From Candidatus Thorarchaeota archaeon (GTDB lineage Archaea; Asgardarchaeota; Thorarchaeia; Thorarchaeales; Thorarchaeaceae): a stretch of 15,705 bases of DNA. Numbering within the stretch: the first letter of the stretch is position 1; each line of letters opens with the position of its first letter. The notes beneath the pieces were generated by a model. It saw nothing but the letters and a program-made list of their open reading frames with translations. It was not told the DNA's origin and made no database searches. The stretch lies in contig JBHLQH010000056.1 of NCBI GenBank assembly GCA_048884965.1, positions 1 to 15,705 of the forward strand, given 5' to 3'. This document shows, piece after piece, positions 9,081-15,705 of the stretch. The translations under genes and the position numbers were made by a program.

Positions 9081-9370
9081 GGTGGGCACAATAACGTGGG
9101 TAACACTCGGCTGCCGCGCCACCACCTTTAACATTTTTCGCCGAGCGTTCCAGACAACCTATTTTGAGGTTGGTGCAAGATACATCACCGCACGCCATAG
9201 TAACGTATCGACCCACATTTGTTACTGCGCCCTTAGTCCACAATTATTGCAAGGGACCTAGACCAAGATATAACTTACGGTCTACGGTTTTTTCCCCTCT
9301 TAGTGGCAAGAATTGAGGTGGACGTGCATGACTTGTTCGTGCGAAGCAAGTCCTACGTCTATACAACCCC
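9070..9370 (-). ncRNA. Candidate large structured non-coding RNA of unknown family; the 5' end may extend to ~9410
   Basis: Hand-identified nested helices: 9232-9221/9095-9084 (12 bp) plus 9216-9211/9101-9096 (6 bp); 9209-9199/9189-9179 (11 bp); 9172-9167/9160-9155 (6 bp); 9149-9140/9111-9102 (10 bp); 9315-9306/9250-9241 (9 of 10 bp); 9284-9279/9264-9259; 9352-9347/9335-9330; 9359-9355/9325-9321. Six G-U pairs in the 3' domain would be A-C mismatches on the plus strand. Ends in a U-rich tail. Confidence 0.7.
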
Positions 9371-9410
9371 ATCTTTGCTTAAAAAGAATACTTGTGTGGC
9401 GCGAAGTGGG

Positions 9411-9438
9411 AATAAATAGCGTTGAAGGCATCAACGCT
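9411..9438 (-). terminator. Hairpin plus T-rich tract at the stop of the 9431-10264 gene
   Basis: Perfect 8-bp inverted repeat AGCGTTGA-N5-TCAACGCT (9418-9438) containing the TGA stop, followed on the minus strand by ATTTATT. Confidence 0.45.
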
Positions 9439-10264
9439 TGTCTCTCATCCTTTCAGCCCATTGCCGGTTCTTGGTTCTTCTTCGATCTGCTCGCCAGTAC
9501 GAGTAGTTCCTCTCGCCCCGTTTCTTGCGCTCATACCTCTCGCGCTCCACCTCATTATCCTCTGTATGATCAGTGAGATAGATTCCTATGAAGAGAAGTG
9601 AAAGACCTGAGAAGATGAGGAAGAGGATACATTGGTCCCATAGAATGGATTCATCTACCCATTGGAGGTTTTGCACCTGCTCAAAGATGAGGTGTACATA
9701 GCGATGTCGAAGAGTAGGGTATCCATCAAGATTCAGAACAGTCTGGCTAAAACGAAGAGTATAGTTCCCGTAGGGTAATTCGAATGTGGAATGAACAGTC
9801 TCGAGCTGATACTCCGAGGTCCTGTACATATTGGTAGTTATATTGGCCACTACTGTCGTACCTTGGTACACTAATACATTGAACCGAATGATCTCATCAA
9901 TCTCCATCTGATATGTATAGGTCACTCTCGCCCTAGCAAGGTATGGTTCGATATCATAGAGACTGAAGTCGGTGGAGTACGAAGTCGCAAAATCATGCGT
10001 GACATAGTTGAACAGCATGTCAGGAGGAGGTCCAATTCGTTCTCTAGGGACCATCACAACCGCTAGGAGAAAGATGAGAGCAGGGACAATAAGCGGCTTT
10101 CTTCTAACGACACGTAGAGTTGGAGAAGTATCGACCCTCTTTATTACAAAGACGAGAGCTAGGGAAACGAGAAAGAAGATGATAGCACCGATGCCAACTG
10201 AGTAAAGGTTCTCAATTGCAGTAACCAAGGTATCGACTCCCCTTGTGGCATCATAAGTTTTCAA
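9431..10264 (-). CDS. Hypothetical membrane protein: 2 N-terminal TM helices, a beta-rich soluble domain, a C-terminal TM and an Arg-rich tail
   Basis: Hydrophobic segments VGIGAIIFFLVSLALVFVI, LIVPALIFLLAVVMV and ILFLIFSGLSLLFIGIYL. Tail is RERYERKKRGER...RADRRRTKNRQWAERMRDKR. TTG start. Confidence 0.7.
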   Translation of the reverse strand: MKTYDATRGVDTLVTAIENLYSVGIGAIIFFLVSLALVFVIKRVDTSPTLRVVRRKPLIVPALIFLLAVVMVPRERIGPPPDMLFNYVTHDFATSYSTDFSLYDIEPYLARARVTYTYQMEIDEIIRFNVLVYQGTTVVANITTNMYRTSEYQLETVHSTFELPYGNYTLRFSQTVLNLDGYPTLRHRYVHLIFEQVQNLQWVDESILWDQCILFLIFSGLSLLFIGIYLTDHTEDNEVERERYERKKRGERNYSYWRADRRRTKNRQWAERMRDKR

Positions 10265-10297
10265 AGTTATTCTTTTCTAATGCAGCATACAATGGGG

Positions 10298-11065
10298 TCA
10301 AGTTGTCTCCAATGAACGGATGAAGTCAGAGATTCTCTCAACAACGAGCTGCACAGCTTTCTCACCCTTTTCCATAGTGGCGCGCGTAGAATAGCCAACG
10401 ACGCCAGAGTTCGTGAATTCCTTCATTGAAGTCGCAACTGAAACTTTCGGGGGTGGTGATAGCATATCAGGCAGAACATAACCAGGGTAGGGTGATCGTC
10501 CATGTTCATCAACTCGTTTCTCCTCAAGCACTCTCTGATCAAGTGCCCAGGCAACAGAGGTTTCCATATCACATGCATGGAACACAGGTCTTGAGAACAT
10601 ATCAGGTATCTCTCCCATGATGAATCCCCACCAGTCAGCAGAGAACACTCTTTGAACCCCTTCATTGTGTAGTATGGTCAATGCACTGCTAATTGCTGTC
10701 TTGTTGCCTCCATGTCCATTTAGAAGGAGGATGTTCTTGAACCCATGTTTGCGAAGAGAAAGACAGACATCAACGATTACGTTAGTCAGAGTGGTCTCTT
10801 TCAGGGAGATCGTTCCTTTGAAGTCCATATGGTGAGGTGAGTGTCCAAACGCAATAGTAGGTGCCAAGGTGAGTTTGAAACCCGGCCATAGGTGCTCACA
10901 GATAAGTTCTGAGATTCGTGTCGCGATGAAATGGTCATTATCGAGAGGTAGCGCAGGACCATGCTGCTCGACGGATCCGATTGGCACAATGATGCTTCCA
11001 CACAGCGGGATTCTTTCTTCAATTTCTTGCCATGTCATCTTTGTCAGTCTATAAGGAAACTCCAT
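10298..11065 (-). CDS. Creatininase-family metal-dependent amidohydrolase (creatininase/ArfB/MftE family)
   Basis: Motifs MTWQE, PIGSVEQHGPALPLDND, SPHHMDFKGTISL, LNGHGGN, HACDMETS, SGVVG and ATMEKG. Confidence 0.92.
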   Translation of the reverse strand: MEFPYRLTKMTWQEIEERIPLCGSIIVPIGSVEQHGPALPLDNDHFIATRISELICEHLWPGFKLTLAPTIAFGHSPHHMDFKGTISLKETTLTNVIVDVCLSLRKHGFKNILLLNGHGGNKTAISSALTILHNEGVQRVFSADWWGFIMGEIPDMFSRPVFHACDMETSVAWALDQRVLEEKRVDEHGRSPYPGYVLPDMLSPPPKVSVATSMKEFTNSGVVGYSTRATMEKGEKAVQLVVERISDFIRSLETT

Positions 11066-11191
11066 ATCATATCACATAGTTGAGGTACCAATTCACCCAT
11101 TAATGTCAATCGTTTTGTTAGAAAGATATTTAGCAAACCTCGTATTGTATTTATTATTACTTCATCTAATTGATTAAGGAGTTGATATAAG

Positions 11192-11572
11192 GTGGAAGAG
11201 ATCCCAAAGGTAGTAAGATACGGCTTCTTGATAAGCCTGATATCGCATATCGTCTATGGTGCATGGTTCTTCCTTGCACCTGAGCTTTGGAATTCACTGA
11301 CTGGTTGGCCAAGTGAGCTTGCGGCAGGTAGAACAGCTGGTGCTGCGATTCTTGCCATAGGCATAGCCACGATATTTGCCTTTCGAGCAAAGACATGGAA
11401 AGAAGTGGAAATCTTCGTACTCTTCATGATATTCTGGTGTCTACTTGGTCCAATCGCTGCGATCTGGGCATTCTTCACTATGACATTGCCTGTGGTCGTA
11501 TGGATAAACATCGTCATACTGCTACTCCTACTCGTCATGTTCGGGTATGGGTATATGTTGTCAAGGAAATAG
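11192..11572 (+). CDS. Hypothetical 4-TM membrane protein
   Basis: 126 aa with four hydrophobic helices. GTG start preceded by AAGGAG. Confidence 0.75.
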   Translation: MEEIPKVVRYGFLISLISHIVYGAWFFLAPELWNSLTGWPSELAAGRTAGAAILAIGIATIFAFRAKTWKEVEIFVLFMIFWCLLGPIAAIWAFFTMTLPVVVWINIVILLLLLVMFGYGYMLSRK

Positions 11573-11631
11573 CAGAAAGCAAACGTGAAGCTGCCCTAGG
11601 TATTTGGGCAGTTCTTTTTTCCATGCATTAT

Positions 11632-14600
11632 TCATGTGGGACTCATGCTCTCCTTTGAGCGAGATTGGCGTATTGCGATACTGAAGATGACTATGATGCC
11701 AACAGATGTACCAGTGATGATGAATGATAATAGTAGTGGGATATCAAATAGATCATCATCAGGCAATAATGTATCAGTTCTTGTCGGATTACTGGTTGTA
11801 GTAGTTGAGGATGTAGGTCCTCCTATATGAACGGTCCCAGCGGGAATAGGATCTGATTCAATTTGATCATATAGTCCAGGCCATAGATATCCGCTTTCGA
11901 TACCATTTGGATTAGCTAGAGGATCATTATCGAATGCAGTTATCCTGAAGATATAATCCCTTATCGAATATCCAGTGCTATCCCAGACATATGAAGTGGT
12001 TAGCAATCTAGCAGCAACTAACATGAAGGTGTCCCCTCCATCGCTGGAAATATGAAAATCATAGACATGCTGGTCATTCACATTGCGGTCGCTACATGTC
12101 CACACGATCGTCTTGACTGCTCCAGTCCCAGTCACGATTATTTCACCAAGTACTGGGGAGAAGTAAATGTTCACATTGATTCGTATCGATCGCGTGTATT
12201 CCAGATTCGTAGATGTAAATGCAGTTGCAGAAATCGTGAATGTGCTATTCTTTCCGAAGAGGCTGAGAGGAATTTCAACCTCTGTATTTTCTGATGAATC
12301 GCCAATGATGAGCCGGGCATCCACCGTCAATGTCCAGCTTCCAGGCATCTTATCATAATCAAAGCATCCGACAGCAATGGCACCAGAGCGCTCTGCAATG
12401 AAAGAGAAAACCTCAGGACGGGCACCGGTTGCCATCCCGTCCTCCAAGATATTGTTACCATAACTCCAAGTTGTATTATCAGTATCTGCCCACCATGCCA
12501 TGAAATCGCAATCTCCATTCGTGAAGTCACATACCATGTGAACAAGATCGCCTTCTTCGATACCCTCAACCATTAGCCAAGAGTATTGTGATAAGTCGAT
12601 AGGTCCTCCAAAAGTATCATAGGATGCAGTTGGTATGACTAGATCTTTGGTTTCCTGGAAATAGATACCAGTACTGACATGTATCTCTATTCCATCAATA
12701 GCTGCTTCGGGAAGATTGGGAAGATTGAGATAATCCATTGCAGTCGCATGAATGACTACTTGATCCTCATTGATGATTGCATCTGACTCCAAAGGTGCAG
12801 GATAAAGGGTTTGTGAACTTGTGTAGGAAAAGTTGATGATACTAGACAATGATTCTGAGTACCACATCACATGAAGTGAGAATCTTTGAGGCAAGTAATT
12901 TGAACTACACTGAGAAAGTCTAACTTCCAAATAATATCTACCTAGTTGTAGAAGTTCAAGAATGAATCCAATCCCAGTTGCATCCTCAGAGGTTGAGAGG
13001 TCAATTAGATTCCCATTATCGGAGTACAATCTCAATTCTATGGAGATTGCTGAAGTATCCCAAAATGCTCTAAATCCAAGTAGAGTAGCGGATGGATTCG
13101 TTGTTTCAATGGGATAGATATTGCTGGCATTGACACTTCCTAAGGGACCACTATAGGGAGTGAGCACTTGGTCAGAAGAACTACAAAGCTCGTTGATATC
13201 CCCATCTGCCGCAATAAGTTCTTGAACTACAGTGTAGGTCCAAGGGATAGATGTTGAAACAGTTCCATCATCAATGATGAAGAACCCAAGATGAACTCCT
13301 GCATTGGCGTCCGAAGGAACGACCAGAGTATGATTGAGCGTGTAGTCATCTGAATCCTCTACAAAATCTAATTCGGATGATGCAATACGCTCCCAGAAGA
13401 CAATACTGCATCGAAAAGGTACACCACTTGGTCCGCTTATGGCTAGTGTTAGATTGCCGCTTAGGATTGTTGATAGAGAGCTGCTCGATGATGCATAATG
13501 CATGATATAGGAATTTGATGATCTCGAACCACTAGCTAGGTGAATGAGTTCCTTACCCAAGTCAATAGAGGAATTCCAGTGATTCGGGATTCCATCCAAA
13601 GGATCAGAATCATTCCAATCAAATAGAAGTACTTCTCGCGGGATATCACCAGGGGATGCTTCGAATGATAAATACAATGAAACAGACCCGTAGGTAGCAA
13701 TTGCATTATCATATTCGGAGGAGTCAATAAGGGTACTCAATACAAAGTATCCGGGAAGATCAGTATGATTTGTGACACTGTCATTATACAAATATGTCAT
13801 TCCTTGAAACTGGTATTCATCTCCTTTCTCCACAGTTGAGTAATCAATCGTCCACCCTGATAGGTCAGTCACCATTGTTCCATGTACGTCATCATATATC
13901 CTGCTAGGAAGTACAATTGAATCACCTTTGTATACATCACCAAAATATAGGACAGATGCTACACTCCCAGCTGTGTATGGAGGAATGTTTGTTAGCGACT
14001 CCACTTGAAAACCTTCGCCGCTAGTCACAAAAGCACATGCTCTCTCTGCATCAACTCTCCCAAAACCTTGCATTGAAACATCATATCCAATGTCTACTGC
14101 AGTGCATTCCAGAATCATCTTCACTTTCTGCGAATCAATGGCAATGCCTTCCTCAACTAGAGCATCAAGAGTAAGGGCAGCACAACCAGCTACGACTGAG
14201 CTTGATATGCGTCTGTTATGGGAGGTGGAATAATTCGTCATCATCGGAAAAGAGTAAACTCCTCCGCTCCACGATTGGACCATGTACTGATAGAAAAGGC
14301 TAGTACATCCGATGACTCCTACTCCTGGTGCTACAAGTTCAGGTTTAGTGTACCCATAGAAATTAGGACCATGAATCTTTGGCTCAATGATTGATTCCAT
14401 GGGTTGGTCTAATCCATATAGAGGCTCTAGGTATTCGTTTAGCTCTAGAGTGCCTACTGTCAAGATAGAAGGACATCCATGCAAGTCACTAGCTGGAGAA
14501 CCATCAAGATAATAATCTTCAACTGAGGAGATTTGCAAAATTCCAGGAAATCCTGCAACTATAGAATAGGGAGATGAGAACATCTTCTTGATGGTGAGGA

Positions 14601-15705
14601 GAAGAGGAATATCCTCGACCGATGCAACTTGGGAGGACCAAGAATCATCAATGACTAATGAACGAGGACTTCCTGTGTATACGAAGGTTTCTCCCACGAG
14701 CTCATAGCCAGCAGCCCAATAGTGAGCGATAAGAATATCCTGAAAAGTATGAGTTCTCATCGAGAGAATCTTAGTTTTTGGAGCGATTCCTTGAATCGAA
14801 AAAGTAGATTGATTATTTACATCAAAATAGGAGAAATTCCCAGAAGCTGCAATGATCGATGCCTGTGATGTGCCAAAATTCGATCTATCAAAAAGAAGTG
14901 CGAATGCTTGGTTATCAGATCTAAAGCCGCAGAACATTGGCTCATCGTCGAACCATGAATATTTGTCGAACACCCAACTAAGCGCACCGAGACTAAAATC
15001 ATTCAGACCATCACCAGAGTAGTCGTGTGCCACAATCGGATGCTCCAAATCAAAAATCTCTGAGTCATCAAATTCATCTGTGAAATCCCAATCGAATTCT
15101 GCGAGAATCTCAGATACGTCATCTTCATCGACCAATGAATAGGACTGATAGTAGAATCCTCCCGTCCAGAGCTTGTTCCACCCCATTGTATCTTCCCAAT
15201 TTATGAGGAGGTGGGACTCTCCATCCAATCCAGAGTAGACAAGAGATGGAGAGAATATCTTTGCGTAGGGATCAGTGTGCTGCTGGAATGAATATCCAAT
15301 ATGATAATCCCCGAGGATTTCTGTTGGTGATGGCAATTTCCAGTCCTGTCGCAGCTCATTCAGCATAGTTGCATTAATGCTAATCCCCCAAGCCATCGAA
15401 TATAGCCCGATATATCCTTCATAGAGGTAGCGACCATAGTACTCAGCATTCAAGAGGGGATCCCACCCAGTAAGATTCACAAAGGTGTTTCCTTCTTTAG
15501 AATACGTTAGTAGGTGATTCGGATCTACTAGCCATATATCAGGGTCCACAATAGTGGAGTTCCCGGTGTACCAAGTCAAAGCCAATCCAGACCCTGATGC
15601 ATCCAATGAATCAGGATGGTAGCTATGCTGGATATCAGGTACCCCGAAGTCACACCCTGAACCAATTTGCGCTATTGTTATGCCCTCACCATCAAAGTTG
15701 GATGC
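11632..15705 (-). CDS. Large membrane-anchored subtilisin-like (S8, pyrolysin-like) surface protein, apparently catalytically inactive; 5'-truncated by the window edge
   Basis: The frame stays open to the window end (ASNFDGEGITIAQIGSGCDFGVPDI...). S8 scaffold motifs GIAPKTKI, SWS, ILTVG, GP...G..KPELVAPG, VVAGCAAL, KMILECTAVDIG and QGFGRVDA are present. C-terminal Thr-rich linker, TM helix and basic tail. Confidence 0.85.
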   Translation of the reverse strand, partial: ASNFDGEGITIAQIGSGCDFGVPDIQHSYHPDSLDASGSGLALTWYTGNSTIVDPDIWLVDPNHLLTYSKEGNTFVNLTGWDPLLNAEYYGRYLYEGYIGLYSMAWGISINATMLNELRQDWKLPSPTEILGDYHIGYSFQQHTDPYAKIFSPSLVYSGLDGESHLLINWEDTMGWNKLWTGGFYYQSYSLVDEDDVSEILAEFDWDFTDEFDDSEIFDLEHPIVAHDYSGDGLNDFSLGALSWVFDKYSWFDDEPMFCGFRSDNQAFALLFDRSNFGTSQASIIAASGNFSYFDVNNQSTFSIQGIAPKTKILSMRTHTFQDILIAHYWAAGYELVGETFVYTGSPRSLVIDDSWSSQVASVEDIPLLLTIKKMFSSPYSIVAGFPGILQISSVEDYYLDGSPASDLHGCPSILTVGTLELNEYLEPLYGLDQPMESIIEPKIHGPNFYGYTKPELVAPGVGVIGCTSLFYQYMVQSWSGGVYSFPMMTNYSTSHNRRISSSVVAGCAALTLDALVEEGIAIDSQKVKMILECTAVDIGYDVSMQGFGRVDAERACAFVTSGEGFQVESLTNIPPYTAGSVASVLYFGDVYKGDSIVLPSRIYDDVHGTMVTDLSGWTIDYSTVEKGDEYQFQGMTYLYNDSVTNHTDLPGYFVLSTLIDSSEYDNAIATYGSVSLYLSFEASPGDIPREVLLFDWNDSDPLDGIPNHWNSSIDLGKELIHLASGSRSSNSYIMHYASSSSSLSTILSGNLTLAISGPSGVPFRCSIVFWERIASSELDFVEDSDDYTLNHTLVVPSDANAGVHLGFFIIDDGTVSTSIPWTYTVVQELIAADGDINELCSSSDQVLTPYSGPLGSVNASNIYPIETTNPSATLLGFRAFWDTSAISIELRLYSDNGNLIDLSTSEDATGIGFILELLQLGRYYLEVRLSQCSSNYLPQRFSLHVMWYSESLSSIINFSYTSSQTLYPAPLESDAIINEDQVVIHATAMDYLNLPNLPEAAIDGIEIHVSTGIYFQETKDLVIPTASYDTFGGPIDLSQYSWLMVEGIEEGDLVHMVCDFTNGDCDFMAWWADTDNTTWSYGNNILEDGMATGARPEVFSFIAERSGAIAVGCFDYDKMPGSWTLTVDARLIIGDSSENTEVEIPLSLFGKNSTFTISATAFTSTNLEYTRSIRINVNIYFSPVLGEIIVTGTGAVKTIVWTCSDRNVNDQHVYDFHISSDGGDTFMLVAARLLTTSYVWDSTGYSIRDYIFRITAFDNDPLANPNGIESGYLWPGLYDQIESDPIPAGTVHIGGPTSSTTTTSNPTRTDTLLPDDDLFDIPLLLSFIITGTSVGIIVIFSIAIRQSRSKESMSPT

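Noticed and set aside
9150-9192. Fluoride riboswitch-like GGUGAUG....CACC
   Set aside because: The downstream pseudoknot partner and the UAAUG motif are absent, and there is no fluoride-related gene downstream.
9321-9359. SECIS-like hairpin (AUGA at an internal loop on the plus strand)
   Set aside because: There is no opposing GA for the tandem G-A core, and no selenoprotein-like ORF nearby.
9166-9370. tmRNA- or tRNA-like domain: 5' GGGGUUG can pair with CAACCUC-A (9172-9165), preceded by a GUGCGG/UUGCAC arm
   Set aside because: There is no UUCRA T-loop, no D-loop GG, no G3-U70 pair (the wobble is at position 2) and no tag frame. These pairings also compete with the 11-bp and 6-bp local hairpins.
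9070-9370. SRP RNA or RNase P RNA (similar size)
   Set aside because: No SRP helix-8 CAGG..GNRA..AGCAG motif and no RNase P GAGGAAAGUCC or CR-V motif on either strand.
9013-9576. ORFs 9013-9261(+), 9052-9243(-) and 9313-9576(+), and the HicB-like extension to 9106
   Set aside because: They are short, mostly have non-ATG starts and show no recognisable motifs. The region is better explained by RNA structure.
665-15002. The many 60-120-aa ORFs overlapping the main CDSs
   Set aside because: They are antisense or alternate-frame shadows of well-supported genes, with no independent motifs.
15604-15606. ORF-track start of the S8-like gene at TTG 15606
   Set aside because: The frame stays open to the window edge and the Asp-motif region lies upstream of it, so the true start is outside the window.
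1-15705. CRISPR array, transposase, integrase, reverse transcriptase or TnpB/IscB that could explain the structured RNA
   Set aside because: I found no spaced repeat array and no such protein motifs in this window. A partner acting in trans from elsewhere in the genome cannot be excluded.

Overview
This is an archaeal genomic window, most likely from an Asgard archaeon (Thorarchaeia-like). That assignment is inferred from the archaeal-type TyrRS and from the style of the LRR, 40-aa TPR and large membrane-anchored S8-family proteins. Coding content: a DUF4332-like HhH protein, tyrS, an LRR protein, a small membrane protein, a bacterial-like DUF4256 protein, a TPR-array/nitrilase fusion, a TPR plus Cys4 protein, a minimal orphan HicB-like protein, a membrane protein, a creatininase-family hydrolase, a 4-TM protein, and a >1350-aa subtilase-like surface protein that runs off the window edge and appears to have lost all three catalytic residues. 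The most striking element is the ~9070-9410 intergenic region. Folded by hand on the minus strand, it forms a densely paired ~300-nt RNA with two long irregular hairpins, followed by a multibranch domain closed by an 18-bp helix. Its G-U pairs fix the strand, it ends in a U-rich tract, and a hairpin separates it from the upstream gene. It matches no RNA family I recognise and is a candidate undescribed archaeal ncRNA lying directly upstream of the orphan HicB-like gene.
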